A DNA stretch of 64,000 nt from positions 609 through 64,608 of the forward strand of contig CAMYIO010000033.1 in the NCBI GenBank assembly GCA_947258515.1, written 5' to 3'. Shown here one piece after another: positions 29,708-38,276 of this stretch. The notes below the pieces were generated by a model. The model saw nothing but the letters and a program-made list of their open reading frames with translations, searched no databases and had not been told where the DNA came from. Position numbers and translations under genes: made by a program. Every line of letters starts with the position of its first letter. The first letter of the stretch is position 1. This stretch comes from an uncultured Ectothiorhodospiraceae bacterium. GTDB lineage: Bacteria; Pseudomonadota; Gammaproteobacteria; UBA9214.

Positions 29708-32200
29708 ATGAACTACATCATAAATTCCATCATGCATCTCGTCCTGCATCGATACGGGGCAGTGTTGCTTGCCAGCGCCATGCTTTCCGCCTGTGGCGGT
29801 GAAAGCACGACTGAAAATCCGCAGACATTTACCACCATGACGTCCAGTTATTCCGGCCCGGCAGCAACGACGGCCGATGTACAGGCATTCAGGCTGAATG
29901 TCTGGGAGAACCTCAATAGACAGAATCGTTGTGGTGCCTGCCACGGTAGCGGCGGTCAGTCACCCACATTCGTACGCATGGATGACGTCAACCTCGCCTA
30001 TGCCGAGGCGAACAGCATCGTTGACCTCGCCAACCCGGCCAGTTCACGCATGGTAACCAAGGTAGCAGGCGGTCATAACTGCTGGCTGGACAGTGACAGT
30101 GCCTGTGGTGATGTCATCACGGCCTATATCACCGCCTGGGCCGGTGGGGTCGCCGGTGGCGGAAATATTATTGAACTCGTTGCACCCCCGCTGCGAGACC
30201 CGGGTGACAGCAAAAGTTTTCCCGACGACTCGGGCCTGTTCGCCACTACCGTGCATCCCTTGCTAACGGCTCATTGTGCCAGCTGCCATGTGGATTCGGC
30301 CGCCAATGCACAGTCTCCCTTCTTTGCGGACAGTGACGCGGACACAGCCTACGAGGCCGCCAAACCCAGGATTGACCTGGATAATCCCGCGAACTCACGT
30401 TTCGTGCTGCGGCTGCGTGAAGAATTTCATAATTGCTGGACATCTAACTGCCTGAATGACGCTGACACCATGGAAGCAGCCATCGCCGCCTTCGCTGCAC
30501 AAATCCCGGTGACGCAAATCGATTCACAGCTTGTCACCAGCAAGGCCCTGACATTACCCGACGGTATCGTTGCCAGTGGTGGTAGCCGCCATGAACAGAA
30601 TGTCATCGCGCTGTACCAGTTTAAAACCGGGCAGGGAAACACCGCGTTCGACACCAGTGGCGTCGAACCGGGCATGCACCTGACACTGAGCGGCAACACC
30701 GGCTGGGTGGGTGGCTGGGGACTCGATATCACCAATGGCAGGGCGCAGGCCTCGACGACAACCAGCCGCAAGCTGCATGAACTGATTACCGCCACCGGTG
30801 AATACACCATTGAAGCCTGGGTGGTAGCAGCCAACGTCACCCAGGAAGGTCCGGCACGCATTATCAGTTACTCAGCCGGAACCACTGTGCGTAATTTCAC
30901 CCTCGGGCAAACGCAGTACAACTACAATTTCCTGCAGCGCAACACCAACACGGACCCCAATGGTGATCCCGCACTGTCTACTGCTGATGCCGATGAAGAC
31001 CTGCAGGCGACGCAACAGCATGTCGTGGCAACCTATGACCCGGTAAGGGGCCGCCGTATTTACGTGAATGGCATCTTTACCGGTGACAGTGACCCGGTTG
31101 CCGGCGGCAGCCTGATTGACTGGGATGACAGTTTTGCCTTCCTGCTGGGTAACGAGGTCTCCGGTGACCGCCAGTGGCAGGGCCGGTTGCGGCTGGTAGC
31201 CATCCATAACCGTGTCCTCACCAATGCACAAATCATGCAGAACTTTGAAGCAGGTGTTGGTGAGAAATTCTTTTTACTGTTTAACGTCAGTGATCATAGC
31301 GGCATTGCGGACTCCTATGTCATGTTACAGGTCAGCCAGTTCGACAACTACAGCTATCTGTTCAATGACCCGTTATTCATCATCCTCGATGCCGATGCCA
31401 CGCCAGACAATATCCCGGTGGCGGGCATGCGCATCGGAATCAACGGCAAGGAGGCGAGCGTCGGTCAGGCCTATCAGCATCTGGATACCACTCTCAGCAG
31501 TGCACAGTATCAACCCGGCATGGGCCAGAAACTGTCCGTACTGGGGACCATTATTGCACTGGAAAAAGGTCCTGAATCAGACGAATTCTTTCTAACCTTC
31601 GAGGTGTTTGGAAACAGTACCCATGTTGTACTTGAGCCACAGCCACTGCAGCCCGGCACACCGCCCGATCTGCCGGAAGCCGCAGATGTCGGACTGCGTA
31701 ATTTTGACGAGATCAATGCCACTATGGCCACCATTACCCGCGTCAGTCCTGAACAGGAAGATGTAGACGATGTATTCGAAACCGTCAGGCAACAGCTGCC
31801 CACCGTTGAAAATATCGAGGGGTTTCTCTCGGCACACCAGATGGCAGTCTCGCAAATGGCCATCGAATACTGCAACGCGCTGGTAGATAACAACGGCAAC
31901 GTGCTGCGCACGGACTATTTTCCGCAGTTTGATTTCAACGAGACGGCAGACAATGCCTTTAATACAGCCGCCCAACGTGACAAGGTCATCCTGCCACTGC
32001 TCAACAGGGTAATGAATACCGGGTTAACAACACAGCCCGACCCCGCACAGGTCATCAGCGAACTTGACGACCTGATACTCATCCTGACTGCCTGCGCCAA
32101 TGGTCCTTCGCCGGGTTGCGCGACAGTGACACGTACGCGGGAAGTCGTGAAGGCGACCTGTGCCGCCATGCTTGGCAGTGCCGCCATGCTGATTCAATAG
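29708..32200 (+). CDS. lipoprotein with two repeated CXXCH-containing domains and a LamG/concanavalin-like domain
   Basis: Lipobox LSAC. A ~100-aa module occurs twice (CGACHG...SPTF...NPASSRMV...HNCW and CASCHV...SPFF...NPANSRFV...HNCW), followed by a LamG-like region. Confidence 0.6.
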   Translation: MNYIINSIMHLVLHRYGAVLLASAMLSACGGESTTENPQTFTTMTSSYSGPAATTADVQAFRLNVWENLNRQNRCGACHGSGGQSPTFVRMDDVNLAYAEANSIVDLANPASSRMVTKVAGGHNCWLDSDSACGDVITAYITAWAGGVAGGGNIIELVAPPLRDPGDSKSFPDDSGLFATTVHPLLTAHCASCHVDSAANAQSPFFADSDADTAYEAAKPRIDLDNPANSRFVLRLREEFHNCWTSNCLNDADTMEAAIAAFAAQIPVTQIDSQLVTSKALTLPDGIVASGGSRHEQNVIALYQFKTGQGNTAFDTSGVEPGMHLTLSGNTGWVGGWGLDITNGRAQASTTTSRKLHELITATGEYTIEAWVVAANVTQEGPARIISYSAGTTVRNFTLGQTQYNYNFLQRNTNTDPNGDPALSTADADEDLQATQQHVVATYDPVRGRRIYVNGIFTGDSDPVAGGSLIDWDDSFAFLLGNEVSGDRQWQGRLRLVAIHNRVLTNAQIMQNFEAGVGEKFFLLFNVSDHSGIADSYVMLQVSQFDNYSYLFNDPLFIILDADATPDNIPVAGMRIGINGKEASVGQAYQHLDTTLSSAQYQPGMGQKLSVLGTIIALEKGPESDEFFLTFEVFGNSTHVVLEPQPLQPGTPPDLPEAADVGLRNFDEINATMATITRVSPEQEDVDDVFETVRQQLPTVENIEGFLSAHQMAVSQMAIEYCNALVDNNGNVLRTDYFPQFDFNETADNAFNTAAQRDKVILPLLNRVMNTGLTTQPDPAQVISELDDLILILTACANGPSPGCATVTRTREVVKATCAAMLGSAAMLIQ

Positions 32201-32220
32201 AACACTACCGGGAGTATTGC

Positions 32221-33819
32221 ATGGCCAGAAAATCCAACCACCGTCGACTGAATGAACCCCTGCGCCTGAATGATCATGGCCGCCCGATCAGCCGCCGTGA
32301 CTTGCTGGGGCAGGGGCTTCTTTCAGGGCTTGGCCTCGTGACCGCACCGACGTTCTTCGGCCTGTTCGCCAATCCGCGCAGGGCCGCCGCGGACCTGTCC
32401 CCGGATCTGGAGGCGTTGAAGACCAGCTGCGGCATCAAGTCCCTCGGCGCCGGTAAAATTCCGTTTATCTGTTTTGACCTGGCCGGGGGTGCGAATATCG
32501 CAGGCTCCAACGTACTGGTCGGGAAACAGGACGGGCAACTGGATTCCCTGAGCACCGCCGGTTACAGCAAACTGGGGTTACCGGGTGACATGACACCGGA
32601 CTCGATAAATCCGCTGACAGGCAACAGTTTCATTAACACGGACTTCGGGCTCGGCTTTCATGCCAGCAGTGCGATGCTGCAGGGCATTCAGGAAAAGGCG
32701 CTGGGCCGCAGCACTGAAATCAATGGTGCCGTGATCCCCGCGCGCTCGGATAACGACACCGCTAACAACCCGCACAATCCCATGTATGGCATCGCGCGTG
32801 CCGGTGCAGATGGCAGCCTGTTGTCTCTGATCGGCTCCAGGAGTTCCGACTCCGGCGGAAACTCCATGGCACCGGCCATGCTGATTGATCCCTCGATCCG
32901 TCCCACCAAGGTTGACCGTCCGTCCGATGTCACGGGCATGGTGGATACCGGCCAGTTGATCGGCGTGCTCAGCCAGGATGACGCGGTTGCCGTGATGGAG
33001 TCCATCGAACGCATCAGCCGGATGAAACTCGACCAGGTCGATACCCGGGTCACGGCGGATGCCATAGTCAAGGACCTGGTGCAATGTGGCTATGTGAAGG
33101 CGGCAGACATTGCCGACCGTTTTGGTGACCCGACCACGCTTGATCCGGCGCTCGATCCTGACATTGTCGGGCCTGGCGGGATATTCGATCAGACCGAATT
33201 CAACAATGACAGCGAGTTTCGCAAAACCGCTTCCGTCATGAAAATGGTCATCAATGGTTTTGCCGGTGCCGGAACAATCACCCTGGGTGGCTATGATTAC
33301 CACACCGGCGATCGCGCCAGCGGTGAATTGCGCGATCTGCGTGCCGGGCGCTGCATCGGCGCCTGTCTGGAGTATGCTGCACGCGCCAACAATGGCAACG
33401 GTGTACCTTTGATGGTCTACGTATTCAGTGATGGTTCCGTATTCAGCAACGGCATGACAGATGACACCCAGACGGGTGGCGGCAAGGGCGTCTGGACCGG
33501 TGATAACTCTTCAACCGCCGCGTCATTCTTTCTTGTCTACAATCCAGGATCAAGGCCACAATTGCTCGGCGCAGACATGGTTGAACGGGCCGTACACCAG
33601 CAGCTGGGGCATTTCCGCAGTGACGGTTCTGTAGAAACCAATGCCACACCGGCCGCCAACCAGGTCAACCTGCTGGTCGAGACCGTGATACTGAATTACA
33701 TGGTACTGCATGGCGAGCAGGCTAACTTCACGAGCCTGTTCCCGAACCATGGCCTCGGTAATGCTGCACTCATGGACAAACTGACCGCGTTCAATCCCAT
33801 TGTTTCCGGGACGATATAG
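32221..33819 (+). CDS. twin-arginine (TAT) signal protein, DUF1552/DUF1501-like partner of the CXXCH proteins
   Basis: Tat motif SRRDLLGQGLLSGLGL. GGGAG Shine-Dalgarno before ATG 32221. The longer ORF upstream (32116) overlaps the previous gene. Confidence 0.55.
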   Translation: MARKSNHRRLNEPLRLNDHGRPISRRDLLGQGLLSGLGLVTAPTFFGLFANPRRAAADLSPDLEALKTSCGIKSLGAGKIPFICFDLAGGANIAGSNVLVGKQDGQLDSLSTAGYSKLGLPGDMTPDSINPLTGNSFINTDFGLGFHASSAMLQGIQEKALGRSTEINGAVIPARSDNDTANNPHNPMYGIARAGADGSLLSLIGSRSSDSGGNSMAPAMLIDPSIRPTKVDRPSDVTGMVDTGQLIGVLSQDDAVAVMESIERISRMKLDQVDTRVTADAIVKDLVQCGYVKAADIADRFGDPTTLDPALDPDIVGPGGIFDQTEFNNDSEFRKTASVMKMVINGFAGAGTITLGGYDYHTGDRASGELRDLRAGRCIGACLEYAARANNGNGVPLMVYVFSDGSVFSNGMTDDTQTGGGKGVWTGDNSSTAASFFLVYNPGSRPQLLGADMVERAVHQQLGHFRSDGSVETNATPAANQVNLLVETVILNYMVLHGEQANFTSLFPNHGLGNAALMDKLTAFNPIVSGTI

Positions 33820-33824
33820 GCATC

Positions 33825-34853
33825 ATGACCCACCCGCACAGTCTCATGCCATCCAGGCCCCACACGATTAACAATCGGGCACGTCATGTACGCCTTTTAA
33901 TACTGTCCATACTGATGCTATTGCCACTCGATGCCAGCGCCGGCTGGATCCGCCAGGAAGCCGCCATCATGGGCACGGCCATCAATGTTGAACTCTGGCA
34001 TGAAGACGCTGCACAGGGCAGGGCCCTGACACAGGCGGTACTGGACGAAATGCATCGCATCGACAATTTGATGAGTACCTACAAGCCTGACAGCGAGCTG
34101 TCCTTAATCAATGCCAATGCCGCCGACGGACCGGTTACCGTCAGCACGGAACTGTTGTCTCTGATCATACGCGCGCTGGATTACTCTGTAATTACGGCTG
34201 GCGCCTTTGATATCACCTATGCCAGTGCAGGACAGTACTATGATTACCGGAACGCTAAAAAACCCAGCGACAGGCAACTCGAGCAGGCATTGCCTGCCAT
34301 CAATTACCGTCACGTAAAGATTGACCCGCAAAGCTCCAGCATTGAATTCATGCGCCAGGGTGTACGCATAGACCTTGGCGGCATAGCAAAGGGCTATGCC
34401 GTTGATCGCAGCATGGAAATACTGCGAAGTGGCGGCGTCGAAAATGCCATTGTCAGTGCCGGTGGTGATTCGCGCGTCATCGGTAAGCGCCGGGACAGGC
34501 CCTGGAATGTCGGCATCCGCCATCCTCGCAACAAGGACAGTATCGTCTCGATGATTCCGCTGGAAAATTCAGCCATCTCCACCTCCGGTGATTATGAACG
34601 CTATTTTGAAGAGGGCGGTGTGCGCTACCATCACATCCTCAACCCGGGCACGGGCACTTCGTCTCACGAGGTACACAGTTCCAGTATTATCGGGGCAGTG
34701 GCGACGGATACGGATGCACTGTCTACCAGTGTGTTTGTACTCGGCGTCAATGACGGTCTGCAGTTAATCAATTCCATACCTGATACCGAGGCCGTCATTA
34801 TCGACAACCAGGGACGTATGCATTATTCCACCGGTCTCGCACAGCTCCAGTAA
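33825..34853 (+). CDS. apbE: FAD:protein FMN transferase (ApbE family)
   Basis: Signal peptide and ApbE motifs (FDITYASAGQYYDY, IDLGGIAKGYAVD, ISTSGDYERYFE...RYHHILNP). Confidence 0.85.
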   Translation: MTHPHSLMPSRPHTINNRARHVRLLILSILMLLPLDASAGWIRQEAAIMGTAINVELWHEDAAQGRALTQAVLDEMHRIDNLMSTYKPDSELSLINANAADGPVTVSTELLSLIIRALDYSVITAGAFDITYASAGQYYDYRNAKKPSDRQLEQALPAINYRHVKIDPQSSSIEFMRQGVRIDLGGIAKGYAVDRSMEILRSGGVENAIVSAGGDSRVIGKRRDRPWNVGIRHPRNKDSIVSMIPLENSAISTSGDYERYFEEGGVRYHHILNPGTGTSSHEVHSSSIIGAVATDTDALSTSVFVLGVNDGLQLINSIPDTEAVIIDNQGRMHYSTGLAQLQ

Positions 34854-34869
34854 CATTTTTTGAATTCAC

Positions 34870-34939
34870 ATGTAGGAGCGCCGTCCCCGGCGCGATTGTT
34901 TTTTCATGATTCGAATCGCGGCGAGGACGCCGCTCCTAC
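34870..34939. repeat. REP-like palindromic element (type A, copy 2)
   Basis: tgtaggagcgccgtccccggcgcgattg ... aatcgcggcgaggacgccgctcctaca, the same element as at 22303. Confidence 0.6.
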
Positions 34940-35083
34940 AGACGTGTCTTTGTAGCACAGGAACGGACCGCTCCCGCGATCAAGAACTGTGATGCTCCGC
35001 GCATCCTCTTGATGCGAAATTCAGCACACTTGTAACAGGCTGCCAGTCGGCAGTCGCTGCTGTGTTTACGGAGGCCGCATGTC

Positions 35084-35638
35084 ATGTCCCTGAAATGCCA
35101 TTTTCCTGTTCCGTTCCGTTTCTGGATAGTACTGCTGATATTCTGCACTACCACAGTCGCCGCAGAGCCGGCCGCACAAACAGCCGGCACGACGGCAAGT
35201 CTCGATGAAGAAATCCAGTCCCTGAAGCAAGACGTGCTGGCGCTCAACCGGGAACTGTTCATCCTTGAAGAAGAACTGCTGTACCCTGCAAACACCCAGG
35301 TCGCGGTGTTTCTGTCTCTCGACATCGGCGAGTTTTTCAGCCTTGACTCGGTACAACTGAAGATCGACGACAATGTGGTCAGCAACTATCTCTATACGCA
35401 ACGCGAGGTAGACGCCCTGCACCAGGGCGGTGTCCAGCGCCTCTACATGGGCAACCTTAAGGCCGGTGAACACGAGCTGGTTGCCATCTTCACGGGCCAG
35501 GGACCCAATGGCCGGGAATACCGTCGTGGCGCCAACCATATCATCACCAAGACACTCGGGGCCCGATTCATTGAACTGAAAATTGTCGATAACGACAGCA
35601 GCGAGCAGCCTGATTTCAGCATCAGGGAATGGGAATAA
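35084..35638 (+). CDS. periplasmic coiled-coil protein (first gene of the Exb/TPR cluster)
   Basis: Signal anchor, coiled-coil segment (EEIQSLKQDVLALNRELFILEEELL), then a beta-rich domain. GGAGG Shine-Dalgarno. Confidence 0.5.
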   Translation: MSLKCHFPVPFRFWIVLLIFCTTTVAAEPAAQTAGTTASLDEEIQSLKQDVLALNRELFILEEELLYPANTQVAVFLSLDIGEFFSLDSVQLKIDDNVVSNYLYTQREVDALHQGGVQRLYMGNLKAGEHELVAIFTGQGPNGREYRRGANHIITKTLGARFIELKIVDNDSSEQPDFSIREWE

Positions 35639-37515
35639 GCAGCATGCCGGTTTTCACCTGCTCACGGCTGTTGCTGCTGTGTCTGATCGTGATCACACCC
35701 TCACTTGACGCAGCGGATGCACCGCCGTCAGCGGTCAAGGACCTGCAATACGGCGAGGTTCTCTACCATTATTTCCAGCAGGACTACTTCAACAGCATCG
35801 TGCGCCTGCAGATTGCAAGGCAGCAGCAACGCCTGCCAAACCACGCGGCAGAGGCCGAACTGATGCTGGGTGGTCTCGACCTGTCCTATGGCCTCAGGGA
35901 CGAGGCCAACCACATTTTTCAACGCCTGCTCAGCGAGGAGACCAGCGATGTCAGCACGCGCAACCGTGCCTGGTTCTATCTTGCGAAGATCTCCTGGCAG
36001 CGCGGTGATATAAACGCGGCACTGCAGGCCATAGAACGTGTGCAGGGAACGATGACAGCCGCAACCCGCACAGCCACAGTCAACCTGCACAGCCTGCTGT
36101 TGCTGCAACAGGGTAACAACCAGGCGGCCATTAAGCTGTTGCAGGATGCACGCAGCGGCAAACGCTGGTCACCGTTCCTGAACTACAACCTCGGTATTGC
36201 CCTGATCCGGGAACAGCAACAGCAGCTGGGCGCGAAACAACTTGATCATATCGGTGATATCAATGGCCGCAACGAGGAGCTGCGCCTGCTGCGTGACAAG
36301 GCCAACCTGGCACTCGGCTACAGTTACCTGCAAGACGGCAATCCGGAAATGGCCCGCAAGACACTGGAGCGTGTACGTCTCGAAGGCCCGCTGTCGAACA
36401 GGGCATTGCTCGGCACCGGCTGGGCAGATACCGAAAGTGAAAACTATGCAGCGGCACTGGTGCCGTGGCTGGAGTTGAGCAGCCGTGACAGCACCGATCC
36501 GGCGGTACAGGAATCATTGCTGGCCATTCCCTATGCCATGACAAAGATGAACCTGCATGGACGCGCTGTAGAGCATTACAATGATGGCATCAGGCAGTTG
36601 ATCGAGGAACGACAGAAACTGGATCAATCCATCAGCGCCATCCACCAGGGCAGACTGCTGGATCTGCTGCAACAACACAACCTCGGCGCCGGCAACGGCT
36701 GGATGCAACAACTGCACCTCGACTCCGAGGCACCTGCGCTGCGCTACCAGCTCGCACTGATGTCATCGCACGACTTTCAGGAAGCTGTGAAGAATTACCG
36801 TGATCTCCTTGTATTACAAGTTAATCTATCCAGCTGGGAGAGCGCTATCGCCGCCTACGACGATATGCTCGCCGGCCGCCAGGCACGCTTTGAGACACAC
36901 CGCCCCGCAGCACAACAGGTACTGCAGGGCACGCGCCTGCAGCAACTGCAACAGCGCCGTGCCGCACTGGCCGAGAATCTTGCCCGCATCGGCATAATGG
37001 ACGATGCCGCCGCACTGGCGACCCCGGAAGAGGCCCGGCAGTGGCATCAACTGGCAACCATCGCTGAGCGACTGGCGCAGCTACCGGATAATCCCGATAC
37101 CGCGACATTGCACGACAAGCAGCAGCGCCTGCGTGGCCTGCTCATCTGGCAATTTCAGGAAGACTACAAACCACGCCTGTGGCAAGCCAGGAGGCAACTC
37201 GCCGAACTGGACACCCTGCTCAACGAGTCACAGCACGGCATCGACAGCCTGCAGCAGGCCAAAATCGATGCCCCGTCCGGTTTTGGCGATTTCAAACGGC
37301 GTATCGCCGCTAACAAGTCAACCATCGAGAAACTGTCAGCACAGACGGATACCACCCTGCTTGCACAAGGCAAGCAACTGGAGCATCTCGCCATCAATGA
37401 ACTGGAGCGTCAACAACAGCGTGTCGATGCCTATATCATCCAGGCACGTTTCGCGCTTGCGCAAACCTATGACAACGCCCTGCAGCAACCGGCAGTGGAG
37501 GGGAGCGTACAGTGA
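35629..37515 (+). CDS. periplasmic TPR + coiled-coil protein
   Basis: Signal peptide, N-terminal TPRs and a long C-terminal coiled-coil. Overlaps the next gene's start. Confidence 0.6.
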   Translation: MGISSMPVFTCSRLLLLCLIVITPSLDAADAPPSAVKDLQYGEVLYHYFQQDYFNSIVRLQIARQQQRLPNHAAEAELMLGGLDLSYGLRDEANHIFQRLLSEETSDVSTRNRAWFYLAKISWQRGDINAALQAIERVQGTMTAATRTATVNLHSLLLLQQGNNQAAIKLLQDARSGKRWSPFLNYNLGIALIREQQQQLGAKQLDHIGDINGRNEELRLLRDKANLALGYSYLQDGNPEMARKTLERVRLEGPLSNRALLGTGWADTESENYAAALVPWLELSSRDSTDPAVQESLLAIPYAMTKMNLHGRAVEHYNDGIRQLIEERQKLDQSISAIHQGRLLDLLQQHNLGAGNGWMQQLHLDSEAPALRYQLALMSSHDFQEAVKNYRDLLVLQVNLSSWESAIAAYDDMLAGRQARFETHRPAAQQVLQGTRLQQLQQRRAALAENLARIGIMDDAAALATPEEARQWHQLATIAERLAQLPDNPDTATLHDKQQRLRGLLIWQFQEDYKPRLWQARRQLAELDTLLNESQHGIDSLQQAKIDAPSGFGDFKRRIAANKSTIEKLSAQTDTTLLAQGKQLEHLAINELERQQQRVDAYIIQARFALAQTYDNALQQPAVEGSVQ

Positions 37516-38276
37516 AGCCCGTACTGCCTGTCATGGTGATGATGGCCGCCCTGTCAAGCGCCTGCTCAGTGCTGCACGGGGACAATGAGCCTACCATCGC
37601 GAGCCTCGGCAAACGCCCGGTAAAACTCGAGGACACACCGGTGTCAGCCAGTGAAGTGCAGGCGATCTCGGCCTACCGGTCCTTTCTTGACAGCGGTGAT
37701 GAATCGGATTCACGCCCGCACGCGATGCGCCGCATTGCCGACCTGAACCTGGAAAAAGAGGAACTGCCGCAAGCCGGGCAGACTACCCCGGACACCCCGT
37801 CGCTGCAGCCAATAGAGGCGCGCGAATCCATCGAACTGTACCAGAGCGTACTGTCACTCTATCCACAGCGCGCGGACAACGACTCGGTGCTCTATCAACT
37901 CGCACGCGCCTACGAGATGGATGGCCAGCCGCGACAATCGCTCGACACGCTGGCAACCCTCGTACAACACTACCCGCAGAGTCAATATGTGCTGGAAGCA
38001 CAGTTCAGGCGTGGCGAGATCCTGTTCGAGCAACGCGACTACGATAACGCAGAGCAGGCCTACCGCGCCGTGGTCAGCAGTGGCCCGGATAATTCGTTCT
38101 ACCGGCAATCGCTATACAAGAGCGGCTGGTGTTTTTTCAAGCTGTCAGAGCTGGATGAATCACTGGATGCCTTCATGGCACTCCTCGATCTGGAGCTGCA
38201 GGATACCGAAGCGGGTATTGCGCAACTCGATCAGCTGAGCCGTCCGCGGCGCGAACTGGCGCGAACTGGTGGATGA
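37512..38276 (+). CDS. TPR lipoprotein, 5' fragment of a split ~935-aa TPR gene (GltD/AgmU-like)
   Basis: Lipobox LSSACS. The frame ends 8 nt after the tandem 10-bp duplication gcgcgaactg/gcgcgaactg at 38249-38268. Removing one copy fuses it in frame to the next ORF. Confidence 0.6.
   Translation: MKPVLPVMVMMAALSSACSVLHGDNEPTIASLGKRPVKLEDTPVSASEVQAISAYRSFLDSGDESDSRPHAMRRIADLNLEKEELPQAGQTTPDTPSLQPIEARESIELYQSVLSLYPQRADNDSVLYQLARAYEMDGQPRQSLDTLATLVQHYPQSQYVLEAQFRRGEILFEQRDYDNAEQAYRAVVSSGPDNSFYRQSLYKSGWCFFKLSELDESLDAFMALLDLELQDTEAGIAQLDQLSRPRRELARTGG

Noticed and set aside
32116-32220. Longer 567-aa version of the TAT-signal protein starting at 32116
   Set aside because: That N-terminal extension overlaps the end of the upstream lipoprotein gene and has no Shine-Dalgarno. 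The ATG at 32221 is preceded by GGGAG and starts directly with the Tat leader.
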